Source: Candidatus Latescibacterota bacterium
GTDB lineage: Bacteria; Latescibacterota; UBA2968
Direction of reading: 5' to 3'
Length of the DNA: 64,000 nucleotides
Assembly (NCBI GenBank): GCA_965116885.1
Contig: OZ220741.1
Coordinates: forward strand, 2,752,001-2,816,000
The translations under genes and the position numbers were made by a program. This document shows, piece after piece, positions 39,999 to 48,972 of this stretch. The first letter of the stretch is position 1; each line of letters opens with the position of its first letter. The notes below the pieces were generated by a model that was not told the DNA's origin, did no database searches, and worked only from the letters and a program-made list of their open reading frames with translations.

Positions 39999-42900
39999 TC
40001 AAGTTTTCAAAATACCGCCGGATGAGGGCCTGGTATTCGGGTGAATACCCTTCTTTGAGGGCGTCGCGCATCAGATGGCGCAAGGGGTTGTCGGCTACTC
40101 CTAAATCAGCGGGGAGCGTTCCCGGTCCGCGATAGGTCAGATTTACGCCTGTGCGCGCCTGTCGCTTTTTGCTCTTTCCGCGTGATCTCATGGCCTGTTG
40201 GGCATCGAGCATGCGGGAGAGGATTTGTCGCTGTCGCATGAGGGTTTGGGGGGCGACCCGGCGCTGGAGAAGTTCGCTCGCGGTTTCACGCATGTCGCTG
40301 GCAATTTTGCCCAGATCGCCGAGCATTTCGCGCTGTTGCCGCGCCAATTCGCCGCGCAGGGCATTGAGCGCGTCCCTTATGGCGCGCTGTTGGGCCGCGA
40401 GTTTTTGCCACGAGGGTTGGCCGCTTTGTCCCGGTTGCCCAAATAGGTTTTCGGTTTGGGCGTTGAGTTCTCCCTGTTGCTGTGCGAGTTGGGCCATTTT
40501 CGCCATCATTTCTTCAAAGCCCGTGCCCGATTCCGAAGCGGCGAGTTGCCCCAGTGCTTGTTGTACCATCATGGCTGTGCGGTTGATTTCTCCCATGGCT
40601 TCGCGGGCGAGTTGAGCCGCCTGGGTGGCATTGCCCGCGTTGAGTTGTTCGGCAGCGCCTTCCATTTTGTTCAGGGCCTGACCCAGGGTTGCCTGTGCGC
40701 GGGGGGGCATGAAGAAGGTTTTTTGCGAGGCGTCCATCAGGCGTTGTGCCATGCGCGATGCCCCGGTCATCGCACGTGCCTGGTCCAGGGCGAGGGGCGC
40801 GGTGTCATCGCGGCTTCCCGCCTCATTGGCGCGCTGTGCCGTGCGTTCCTGTGCCTGGGATAAAGTGAGAAGATCGTGCAATACGCGGTTGAGTTCTCTG
40901 GCGATTTCTTCTTTTTGTCGCTGGATAAACCGCTGTCGGGTCTGTGCGAGTCCCTGGCTCATGTTTTGTAAGTCCCGGGCGAGAGAATCGCTGCCTGAGC
41001 GCGCACTTTGTCGTTGCCCCTGGGCGAGGTTCTGGTGTACCTGATCCATGCGGGGGGTGAGTTGTTTGTTTTTTATTGTATTGGCGATTTGGTCGAGTTC
41101 GCCATCGGTGGGACTGTCCATTTTTTGTGCTGCCTGTTGAAGTTCTGCACGCAATTGTTCAGTGTCTCGGGCGATTCGCGTCTGGCGGCGGGCGAGTTCT
41201 TCGGCGGGTTCGCGTTCGATATTTTGCGTGATCTGATCCTGAGCATGGGCGAGTTCTTCGAGTTTTTGGTTGAGCGCGTCGAGGGTTTGTTGTTGTTGAA
41301 CGCGCTGGAGTAGGGCGAGGGTGCGGTCGAGGGTTTCGCGGAATTTTTCGCGCTCCATTTGAAATTGTTCAAGGGTTTCGCGCACCATGTTTGCATCGGC
41401 ATTTTTGATGGCTTCGTCCAGTTTTTTCATGACATCATCGAGTTCTGGCGTGCGGATTTGCGAGAGCAATGTTTGTAGTTCTTCGAGTTTTTGCAGGGTA
41501 TCGTCTTCGAGCAATCCGCTTTCTTGCAGGCGGTCGAGTGCGCGTTCGAGTTGTTCGGCTGTGGATTCAATTTTTTCGGCGAGTTGTTCTTGCGTTTGGC
41601 GCGCTTTTTCGAGTTCGCGTTTTTCCTGCCAATCGAGTTTGTCTTTGGAGAGCATATCGCGGGCGAGTTCTTTGAGGCGCGCGTCGAGTTCGCGCCCGCG
41701 TTGTTGCACGGTTTCGATCTCGTCGATGCTCTCGCGCTGTGTTTTGTCCGCTTCTCGATGGATCTCAAACAGGCTGGGCATGCGAATTGTAAAGGTGGCT
41801 GTTTCCCCATAAGAGGGCCTGGGGTTGTTGTCATAAGCGCGGATTCTGTAGGTGATTTGATCGCCCGGTAGTAAGTCGAGGTTGGACAGGTCCCAGTGAT
41901 AGGATGCCTCGATTTCGCGTCCGGATGTTGTGATAATTGGAAGGGTGTGGTCTGTGTCACCATCTTTCTGGTATCTGAGTTGCAGGCGCGATATGCCGTA
42001 GTCGTCAAAGGCTTCGGCAACGAGGGAGACGCGCATCGATTCAGTGAGGTCGATGTCTTGTCCCGGGCGCAACAGGCGCACATCGGGCGGTTGATCGGGT
42101 AGCGCGACGATGCGATATGCCACGGGGTCTTTGTTGGTGATCATCTGGTGGTCGCGCAAGTGTACGCGATAGCGTCCATCTTTTTTTATTGTCAGGGTCG
42201 TTTGTGCAAGTGATGAAGATACTGCGGCGGACAATTCGGTTGCGTCGCCAAATACGAGTGCAGCCGATTCGAGGGGTTTGTTGGTTTCAATCGTCAATGA
42301 GACTTCTGTGCCGGTTGGTACAATTATATCGCCGCCCTGTTGATCGATGCGGTCGGGCATGGCTGTGTGCGGCGGAAAACGATCGCGGTGCGAGATTCGC
42401 GTGACAATGGGGCGCGGGTGTACGGTTGCGGTGTAGGTGGGGGTTTGCGCGTCGTGGGCAGACAGGCGGTAGTCAAAAGATCGCGTGACATTGGGAAAGT
42501 GATGGGATGCGCCCGTTTGTTTGACGGGCAAGGGAAAGGAAGCCCATGTTTGTACGCCTTTCTCTCGGATATAGAGACGCGCAGTGCGTGGAACTATGCC
42601 TGCAAATTGTGCAGTGAGTGTAAGAGATTCTCCTCCGATGATTTCGACATTGCCCGGTTGCAAAATTATGTACGTGTCTGGCGGGCGGGTGTATGGGGTT
42701 TGTGGGTTTGCGAGGCGTTGGGCTGCGCCGGATAAAGCTGTGGGCCAGCCAGCGTAGAGTAATAGCGCGACGAGGGCGAGCACGACAACCGCCGTGGCAG
42801 CGCGAATAGGTGGCTTGCGATTGATGAGTGCTTCATAAGGGAGATGCTGTGTGGCGCGTTCTGCCTGGATGATTGCTGCATCGACGAGTGCCGTGGCGTG

Positions 42901-43257
42901 TTCTTCGCGGTCTCTTTGTCGCCACAATTGGAGCGCGTTGATCAAGTGTTGCTGGAGGCCGCCAAAGTGTTGTTCCACGCGCAGTGCGATCTGGTCGAGG
43001 CTGGGCGGTCTGATAAATGGCAGGACGCAGAAGCGGGCGAGCAGGTATAAGAGGCACAGGACGCACAAAACCTCTAAGACAATTTTGAGGATTGGGCGCA
43101 GGTAGAATATCGATTCGAGGATGACGAGGGCAATGCCCGCACTGAGGATAAATATCAGTGCGAGTCCCACGCCTGTTAGTGCCCGATTCGCCGCGAGGAG
43201 TGTGCGCAGTCTTGTGAGGCGGTGGGTGAGTTTTTGATGTGCGGAGTGTGAGGTCAT
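39967..43257 (-). CDS. DUF4175-like membrane-anchored long coiled-coil protein
   Basis: Three N-terminal TM segments, beta-rich domains (PDQPPDV, DDYGI), Q/E-rich coiled coil, C-terminal PEYQALIRRYF. Confidence 0.8.
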   Translation of the reverse strand: MTSHSAHQKLTHRLTRLRTLLAANRALTGVGLALIFILSAGIALVILESIFYLRPILKIVLEVLCVLCLLYLLARFCVLPFIRPPSLDQIALRVEQHFGGLQQHLINALQLWRQRDREEHATALVDAAIIQAERATQHLPYEALINRKPPIRAATAVVVLALVALLLYAGWPTALSGAAQRLANPQTPYTRPPDTYIILQPGNVEIIGGESLTLTAQFAGIVPRTARLYIREKGVQTWASFPLPVKQTGASHHFPNVTRSFDYRLSAHDAQTPTYTATVHPRPIVTRISHRDRFPPHTAMPDRIDQQGGDIIVPTGTEVSLTIETNKPLESAALVFGDATELSAAVSSSLAQTTLTIKKDGRYRVHLRDHQMITNKDPVAYRIVALPDQPPDVRLLRPGQDIDLTESMRVSLVAEAFDDYGISRLQLRYQKDGDTDHTLPIITTSGREIEASYHWDLSNLDLLPGDQITYRIRAYDNNPRPSYGETATFTIRMPSLFEIHREADKTQRESIDEIETVQQRGRELDARLKELARDMLSKDKLDWQEKRELEKARQTQEQLAEKIESTAEQLERALDRLQESGLLEDDTLQKLEELQTLLSQIRTPELDDVMKKLDEAIKNADANMVRETLEQFQMEREKFRETLDRTLALLQRVQQQQTLDALNQKLEELAHAQDQITQNIEREPAEELARRQTRIARDTEQLRAELQQAAQKMDSPTDGELDQIANTIKNKQLTPRMDQVHQNLAQGQRQSARSGSDSLARDLQNMSQGLAQTRQRFIQRQKEEIARELNRVLHDLLTLSQAQERTAQRANEAGSRDDTAPLALDQARAMTGASRMAQRLMDASQKTFFMPPRAQATLGQALNKMEGAAEQLNAGNATQAAQLAREAMGEINRTAMMVQQALGQLAASESGTGFEEMMAKMAQLAQQQGELNAQTENLFGQPGQSGQPSWQKLAAQQRAIRDALNALRGELARQQREMLGDLGKIASDMRETASELLQRRVAPQTLMRQRQILSRMLDAQQAMRSRGKSKKRQARTGVNLTYRGPGTLPADLGVADNPLRHLMRDALKEGYSPEYQALIRRYFENLIEDAKKTTDK

Positions 43258-43297
43258 GGGAATTGGGAATTGAGAATTAGGAATTGAGAATTAAGAA
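43258..43297 (-). repeat. Heptamer tandem array abutting the DUF4175 start codon
   Basis: Plus strand GGGAATT GGGAATT GAGAATT AGGAATT GAGAATT AAGAA. Confidence 0.8.
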
Positions 43298-43332
43298 GCA
43301 TCTTTTCCCTTACAATCAGCAGTTTTTAATTT

Positions 43333-43995
43333 TTAGTGCGTTAGTGCCCAGACAATGACGTTGGTGCCCATTTTGAGGGCTTCTTGTCTTTTTTCAGGCG
43401 GGTCGTTGTGTACGTCGGGATCATCCCATCCATCGGCGATGTCGCTGCTCGTGTTGTAAAAGACGATCAGGCGGTCTTCGTGAAATAGCCCCAGAGCCTG
43501 AGGTGGGTCGCCGTCGTGTTCGTGGATTTTTGGCAAGCCGTTTGGAAAGTGAAACGGCGTTTTGAAGAGGTCAAAAGACGGGGGCAATTGGACGAGTTTT
43601 TTGTCGGGGAATGCGCGTTTGAGTTCCCTGCGAAAGGATTCGTCCAGGCCGTAGTCGTCGTTGGCGAAGAGAAATCCGCCGCGTTCGAGATAGAGGCGCA
43701 AGCGCCGCAGTTCTTCTTCGGAGAATCGGATGTTGCCGTGTCCTGTGAGAAATAGAACGGGATAGGCAAAGAGGTGTTCGTCGGTGAGTGCAACCTGGGC
43801 TTCTTGCTCGGCGGTGCGAATGGGCGTGTGTTGTCTGATAAATGCGAGCAGGTTGGGGATTTCTGTTGGCCCATTGTACCAATCCCCGCCGCCGTCGTAT
43901 TTGAGACGCGCTATGGTGAATGCCGCGGGCGGCTCTTGCAATTGGGCCAGGCTGGGCGCTGTGATTATCAGGAGTAAGAGGTAGAAATGGCGCAT
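43333..43995 (-). CDS. DUF4159 domain-containing protein (exported)
   Basis: ARLKYDGGGDWY, LTGHG, GGFLFANDDYG, GLPKIHEHD, MGTN; start trimmed to MRHFY. Confidence 0.9.
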   Translation of the reverse strand: MRHFYLLLLIITAPSLAQLQEPPAAFTIARLKYDGGGDWYNGPTEIPNLLAFIRQHTPIRTAEQEAQVALTDEHLFAYPVLFLTGHGNIRFSEEELRRLRLYLERGGFLFANDDYGLDESFRRELKRAFPDKKLVQLPPSFDLFKTPFHFPNGLPKIHEHDGDPPQALGLFHEDRLIVFYNTSSDIADGWDDPDVHNDPPEKRQEALKMGTNVIVWALTH

Positions 43996-44033
43996 GGTTT
44001 TTATGACGCGAGAAGGCGGTTTTCGGTTCCGTT

Positions 44034-44056
44034 GTAGGGGCGGTGCCCCTCCGCCC
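44034..44056 (+). repeat. GTAG-type REP-like palindrome, copy 2 (internal deletion)
   Basis: GTAGGGGCGGTGCCCCTCCGCCC. Confidence 0.75.
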
Positions 44057-44068
44057 ATTGGAGGTCTC

Positions 44069-44410
44069 TTATGTCTCACTTTTCACTTTGTCAATTTGCA
44101 ATATGGAGGGCGCTGTGCCAAAGGTGTAAGTGCAGTCGAAGCTAACTTCTGATAAACACCGCGTGTCAATTGGAAATGCCGCGCATTGTTTGGGGCGGTT
44201 TTCGTAGATGCTACAGAGGGTATCTCCGGTGTCATTTTTGATGAGAAATGGACATTTGAACAGGAGTTCGCAGCAGTTGCCACATTGATTGCATTCACCC
44301 TGTCGGTTTTTTTCTTGTTGCGCGACATAGGCTTTGCGAAATCGCAGCAGTACAAAGCGTCGTACTTTGCCTATGGCTTGTTCGCACATTTTGCCAAGGG
44401 TTCTGGGCAT
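44069..44410 (-). CDS. YkgJ-like CxxCxxCC cysteine-cluster protein
   Basis: CNQCGNCC...CPFL...CSIYENRPKQCAAFP. Confidence 0.85.
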   Translation of the reverse strand: MPRTLGKMCEQAIGKVRRFVLLRFRKAYVAQQEKNRQGECNQCGNCCELLFKCPFLIKNDTGDTLCSIYENRPKQCAAFPIDTRCLSEVSFDCTYTFGTAPSILQIDKVKSET

Positions 44411-44425
44411 GAGAGAGTCCTGTTC

Positions 44426-45568
44426 TTATTTCATTTGTTCGATTTCACGCTCTGCGGCCTGTACGCTGTCTTTGGTGTCGTGAACGGCGATGGTGAGGTC
44501 GCAGTGCTGGGTTTCGCCGCCGTTGAGTGTGATGACGCGCCCGGCGTCGCGTTCAACACTTTTAGTGTTGGGATAGTTGGTGGCGGGTTCGAGGCCCACG
44601 ACGTATCCATCCCGGGTTGCTGCAGTGTTTTTCCAGAGGGTGAAGTACGGCATTTGTTTGAGTGCGTAGTGGAGCGAAGACCCTATGTTGCCTTCGGCGT
44701 TTTTGAGCAGGACAGATGTGTTGCCTTCGCTGTTGCCGGCGAGTTCGTAAAAATAAACTTGTTCGATATAACCCGGGGTGGGGCCGAGACATTGGTCGAA
44801 GGTGTTGACGCCTTCCTCTGCGCGTGGGTCGCGTGGGGAGACGGTTTTGTGCGGTGTTACGATGGACGCGCCTTCTTCGAGGAGGGGTGCGCCGTAGTTG
44901 CAGTGGTAGAGCAGTTCCATTTCAGCGGGTTTGTCGTTGAGGTTGGTGACTTGATCGGCTATGGTGAAGGTGTTGCTGCCGAGTTCTGTCGATATGGCTG
45001 TGGTGAGGCGCAGCGCGGGACCAAACATCATGGTTTCATCGACGATGCCCAATACGGTGATGCGATGGGGCGGTGTCAGGTCGATTTGTATTTCGACATG
45101 GCGCGCGGGTATGTTGGCGATTTTGCCGTGTAGGGGGACAAAGACTTCGGCTTCGTTGCCGTTGTTGTCGATTACGATGTCGTTGCCGGGGGCGCCATTG
45201 CTGTCGAGGCCACAGCGCACGATCCATTCGTTAAAGCCTTTGAGCCATCCCAGGCCGCCCCGGTCATTGAGTTCGATAAAGGCCGGGTTGACGAGGTCGC
45301 GCACGGGCGATTCCCAGCCGAGGGGTATGCCGCGATAAGTGCCTTTCCATATTCCCATGCCGCGCGTGGGAACGATGAATACGGAGAGTGCCCCGTTGTC
45401 GATTTCTATGAGGTCAACGCCGTCTTGTGTGCCGCCTTTGAGGGCGGTTTTTTGTACGCGCCAGGTATGTTTTGTACCGAGTGGTAGAGTGGATTCATCG
45501 ATGGTCCACGATTCTGTCCAGTGTGCGCGTTCGACATCGGTGAGAATGGAGCGATACATGCCTTCCAT
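44426..45568 (-). CDS. Aldose 1-epimerase-like DUF4432 protein
   Basis: PTRGMG, LGWESPV, PLHGKIAN, LYHCNYG, GYVVGLEP; start trimmed to MEGMY. Confidence 0.88.
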   Translation of the reverse strand: MEGMYRSILTDVERAHWTESWTIDESTLPLGTKHTWRVQKTALKGGTQDGVDLIEIDNGALSVFIVPTRGMGIWKGTYRGIPLGWESPVRDLVNPAFIELNDRGGLGWLKGFNEWIVRCGLDSNGAPGNDIVIDNNGNEAEVFVPLHGKIANIPARHVEIQIDLTPPHRITVLGIVDETMMFGPALRLTTAISTELGSNTFTIADQVTNLNDKPAEMELLYHCNYGAPLLEEGASIVTPHKTVSPRDPRAEEGVNTFDQCLGPTPGYIEQVYFYELAGNSEGNTSVLLKNAEGNIGSSLHYALKQMPYFTLWKNTAATRDGYVVGLEPATNYPNTKSVERDAGRVITLNGGETQHCDLTIAVHDTKDSVQAAEREIEQMK

Positions 45569-45584
45569 AGAAATTTCCTTCTGT

Positions 45585-45628
45585 GTAGGGGCGGTGCCCC
45601 CGTGCCCGCCCGTCGTAGGGACAGGTCT
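45585..45628 (+). repeat. GTAG-type REP-like palindrome, copy 3, plus a partial second REP
   Basis: GTAGGGGCGGTGCCCCCGTGCCCGCCCG followed by GTAGGGACAGGTCT. Confidence 0.8.
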
Positions 45629-45710
45629 ATTCTTTTGTGTATGATCTTCAGAATATACGGGAAAATGCACGAGGTGAAAAGCGCAACGTATGGGCGACGC
45701 GGCAGGATGG

Positions 45711-45739
45711 TTGTCAAAATGGGTATAAGAACGTATAAT
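45711..45739 (+). promoter_or_regulatory. Near-consensus sigma70 promoter for the Mur ligase-ldcA operon
   Basis: TTGTCA-17bp-TATAAT. Confidence 0.8.
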
Positions 45740-45784
45740 TTTCTAACGGATGTTACGTATCTTTTAGACGCTGGCGATTGTAAA

Positions 45785-47167
45785 ATGAAAAAGCAAACCT
45801 TCTTTTTTTGCGGTATTGGCGGCAGTGGCATGAGTGCTATTGCACAGGTGTTGCTGCATCAAGGCCATGCGGTGCGCGGGTCGGATCGCAGTTATGACCA
45901 GGGGCAGAATGCGGATTTGTACGCGCGGTTGCAGGCGCTTGGGGTGGTGTTGTTTCCGCAGGATGGGTCGGGTGTGGATGCAGATGTGGATGTGCTGGTG
46001 GTGTCGAGTGCGGTCGAGCCGACGATTTTAGATGTACAGGCGGGGCTGGATCGCGGTATTGCTATTCGCAAGCGGGCAGAGGTGTTGGCGGACTTGTTTC
46101 ATCGGGGAACGGGGATTGCCGTGGGTGGGACGAGTGGAAAATCAACGGTGACGGGAATGATTGGTCATATTTTGAACAGGACCGGGCGCGATCCCACGGT
46201 GATCAATGGGGGGATGATGCGCGATGCGGTGCAGCCTCCGCGATTGGGCAATGCATTGTGTGGCGATGCCGAGTTGGTCGTGATTGAAGCAGATGAGAGC
46301 GATGGTACGATTGCGCTGTACGAGCCGACGGTGTCGGTGTTGACGAATATTTCGCTGGATCACAAGCCGATGGCAGAGTTGGCGTCGCTTTTTGGGGCGT
46401 TTTGCGCGCAGGCAAGAGATGCGGTGGTGGTGAATCGTCTGTGCGAGCGGTCGATGGCTTTGACGCAGGGGATGAAGCGGCGGGTGACTTTTGGGGTGGA
46501 TTGCGAAGGGACAGATGTGCATGCTGCCGATGTCGCGTTGTTGCCCGATGGTGTGCGGTGTGTTGTCAATGGGTATTCTTGTCGGTTGCGCGTGCCTGGG
46601 CGGCACAATGTTGCCAATGCAGTGGCGGCTGTTGCCGCGTGTGGGGTGCTTGGGATAAGTGTACGGGATGGGACAGAAGCATTGGGCGGTTTTCGGGGGA
46701 TTGGCAGGCGGCTGGAGGTGGTGGGCAAGGCACAGGGGGTGACGGTGTTCGATGATTTTGCACATAATCCGGATAAAATTGCCGCGAGTTTGGCAACGTT
46801 AAAGGCGCAGCCCGGTCGCGTGTTGTCGGTTTTTCAGCCTCATGGGTTTGGGCCAACGCGGTTTTTGATGGATGGGCTGATTTCGGCATTTGTCAATGGG
46901 ATGGAAAGGGATGATCTGGTGATTATGTCGGAGATTTTTTATGCTGGCGGGACAGCGCAAAAGGATATTTCTTCGGGGGATTTGATCGCGCAGATTGCGC
47001 GTGCTGGGCGACGGGCTGAGTACATTGAGATGCGTGAGGATATTGTTATGCGTTTGGCGGAAGAGGCGCGGGATGGTGACCGCATTATCGTAATGGGTGC
47101 GCGAGATGATTCGCTGACGGATTTTGCAAGGGATATATTGTCTCAGATTGAGAGCAGGGTGCGATGA
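45785..47167 (+). CDS. MurC/Mpl-like Mur ligase
   Basis: GIGGSGMSA, GGTSGKST, EADESDG, DDFAHNP, FQPHG. Confidence 0.9.
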   Translation: MKKQTFFFCGIGGSGMSAIAQVLLHQGHAVRGSDRSYDQGQNADLYARLQALGVVLFPQDGSGVDADVDVLVVSSAVEPTILDVQAGLDRGIAIRKRAEVLADLFHRGTGIAVGGTSGKSTVTGMIGHILNRTGRDPTVINGGMMRDAVQPPRLGNALCGDAELVVIEADESDGTIALYEPTVSVLTNISLDHKPMAELASLFGAFCAQARDAVVVNRLCERSMALTQGMKRRVTFGVDCEGTDVHAADVALLPDGVRCVVNGYSCRLRVPGRHNVANAVAAVAACGVLGISVRDGTEALGGFRGIGRRLEVVGKAQGVTVFDDFAHNPDKIAASLATLKAQPGRVLSVFQPHGFGPTRFLMDGLISAFVNGMERDDLVIMSEIFYAGGTAQKDISSGDLIAQIARAGRRAEYIEMREDIVMRLAEEARDGDRIIVMGARDDSLTDFARDILSQIESRVR

Positions 47168-48060
47168 GTTTGCCTCCTGAATTGCAACCGGGCGATGCGG
47201 TGGGGGTGATTGCGCCATCCGGGTCTTTTGAGCGCGAGCGGTTGGCGCCCGGTCTGGCGTTTTTGCGCGCGAAGGGGTTTGGCGTGCGCGAGGGGATGTC
47301 GCTTTACGCGCGGGATCGGTATTTGGCGGGGACGGATCAGGCGCGTGCGGATGATGTGAATGCGATGTTTGCCGATGGGGATGTGAAGGGTATTTTTGTC
47401 GCGCGCGGCGGGTATGGGGCTGCCCGCATTTTGGCGTTTTTGGATTGGGCGTCTATTGCCCAAAATCCAAAGGTGCTGGTGGGGCTGAGCGATACGACGG
47501 CGTTGCAGTTGGCGATTTTTGCGCGAACGGGATTGGTGACGTTTTCGGGGTTTTTGCTGTGTTCGGATGCGACGGCAGAAGGTGTTGACCAGGAGACGGA
47601 TAAGGCATTATGGGCAGCGGTGTGTTCGCATCGGTTTGCGGGCATTGGTTTAACGCCTCTGCGTGGTGGGGAGGTGAGAGGACCACTCATTGGGGGGTGT
47701 TTGTCGCTGGTGGCGTCGCTGGTGGGTACGCGGTTTTTACCAGTACTGGATGGCGCAGTGTTGGTGCTGGAGGATGTGAATGAGCCGCCGTATCGCGTGG
47801 ATCGAATGCTGAATCAGTTGGCGATGGCCGGGGTGTTTGATCGGGTCGCGGGTGTGGTGTTTGGCGAGTTTGTGGATTGCGAACCCGAGCGGGAGGCAGA
47901 GGGCCGGGTCGAAGATGTGATCGATGATTTTGTTGCACGGGTGTCCTGTCCGGTTTTTTGTGGTTTGCCCTATGGACACGGCAAGGCGCGGCGGGTGCTG
48001 CCGATTGGTCTGGGCGTCAGGATTGCACGGGATGTGTTGGAATTTCAGGGGGCTGGTTAG
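47164..48060 (+). CDS. LD-carboxypeptidase (peptidase S66)
   Basis: RGGYG, GLSD, LEDVNE, GHG triad. Confidence 0.93.
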   Translation: MSLPPELQPGDAVGVIAPSGSFERERLAPGLAFLRAKGFGVREGMSLYARDRYLAGTDQARADDVNAMFADGDVKGIFVARGGYGAARILAFLDWASIAQNPKVLVGLSDTTALQLAIFARTGLVTFSGFLLCSDATAEGVDQETDKALWAAVCSHRFAGIGLTPLRGGEVRGPLIGGCLSLVASLVGTRFLPVLDGAVLVLEDVNEPPYRVDRMLNQLAMAGVFDRVAGVVFGEFVDCEPEREAEGRVEDVIDDFVARVSCPVFCGLPYGHGKARRVLPIGLGVRIARDVLEFQGAG

Positions 48061-48089
48061 AGCACTCCGCGGGAAAGGAATTTGCTTTG

Positions 48090-48884
48090 ATGCAAAGAAT
48101 ACCCTTGATATTTTTTATTTTCGTGACGCTGTCGTGCGCGGCGATAAATCAACTGAATTTGTTGACACCCGAGGAAGAGGTGGAACTCGGCAGGCAAGCC
48201 GCGCGAGAGGTGGAGCGGTCAATGCGACTATACAGGGATCCTGTGGTGCGTACCTATATAGATAGTCTGGGGCAGGCTCTGGTGCGGGCGTCGGCACTAT
48301 CGCAGTTTCGATATTATTTTAAGGTGGTCGATGCGCCCGAGGTGAATGCTTTTGCTCTGCCGGGGGGATTTGTATATGTGAATCTCGGGTTGATTCAAGC
48401 GGCTACGACCGAGTCGGAGTTGGTCGGGGTGATCGGGCACGAGATTGGGCACGTGGAGATGCATCACGGAGCTAAGAACATTTCGCGTCATTATGGTCTT
48501 GCTGTTGTGGTCGAGTTGATATCCGGGGATGAGGACACATCGCTGGGGCGAGAAATCGCCGGTCAATTGGCGGGATTTGGCGGGGGCGTGTACTTGTTGA
48601 AATACGGGCGAGCAGCAGAGCGCGAATCCGATAGGTTCGCAGTACATTGCCTGGTGAAGGCAGGTGTCGATCCCGAGGGCATAGCGCGTTTTTTTGAGAC
48701 GTTGTTGAAGTTGCAAAAAAGCGAGCCCAAAGGGGTCGAGAAGTGGTTTGCGACACATCCCCCAACGCAGTCGCGCGTCGATTTTGTGCGGTCTGAGATT
48801 GCCAAATTCCCGAATACTGCTGGTCTCAAAAAGACATCCGCGAGGTTCAAACAAATTCGCGCCCGCATCGGCGGAGGCAAATAA
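48090..48884 (+). CDS. M48 family metalloprotease, probable lipoprotein
   Basis: Lipobox-like TLSC, NAFALPGG, HEIGH, THP. Confidence 0.92.
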   Translation: MQRIPLIFFIFVTLSCAAINQLNLLTPEEEVELGRQAAREVERSMRLYRDPVVRTYIDSLGQALVRASALSQFRYYFKVVDAPEVNAFALPGGFVYVNLGLIQAATTESELVGVIGHEIGHVEMHHGAKNISRHYGLAVVVELISGDEDTSLGREIAGQLAGFGGGVYLLKYGRAAERESDRFAVHCLVKAGVDPEGIARFFETLLKLQKSEPKGVEKWFATHPPTQSRVDFVRSEIAKFPNTAGLKKTSARFKQIRARIGGGK

Positions 48885-48895
48885 ACGTATCCGAT

Positions 48896-48923
48896 GTAGG
48901 GGCGGTGCCCCTGTGCCCGCCCG
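48896..48923 (+). repeat. GTAG-type REP-like palindrome, copy 4
   Basis: Identical 28-mer to 3029-3056. Confidence 0.85.
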
Positions 48924-48944
48924 CGTCGTTAGTTGTCATCGCGA

Positions 48945-48972
48945 ACTTCACACTTCACACTTCCTACTTCCT
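48945..48972 (+). repeat. Heptamer tandem array abutting the AsmA-like start codon
   Basis: ACTTCAC ACTTCAC ACTTCCT ACTTCCT then ATG. Confidence 0.8.

Noticed and set aside
44186..45133. 315-aa plus-strand ORF
   Set aside because: Antisense shadow of the DUF4432 and YkgJ-like genes; no motifs or RBS
45521..45784. Long N-terminal extensions in the ORF track for the Mur ligase (also DUF4432, AsmA-like, DUF4159, folB, iscU-like)
   Set aside because: They run through promoters, REP elements or neighbouring genes; downstream starts match family N-termini
3029..48923. Repeated 28-mers as a CRISPR array
   Set aside because: Copies are kilobases apart, with no regular spacers and no cas operon
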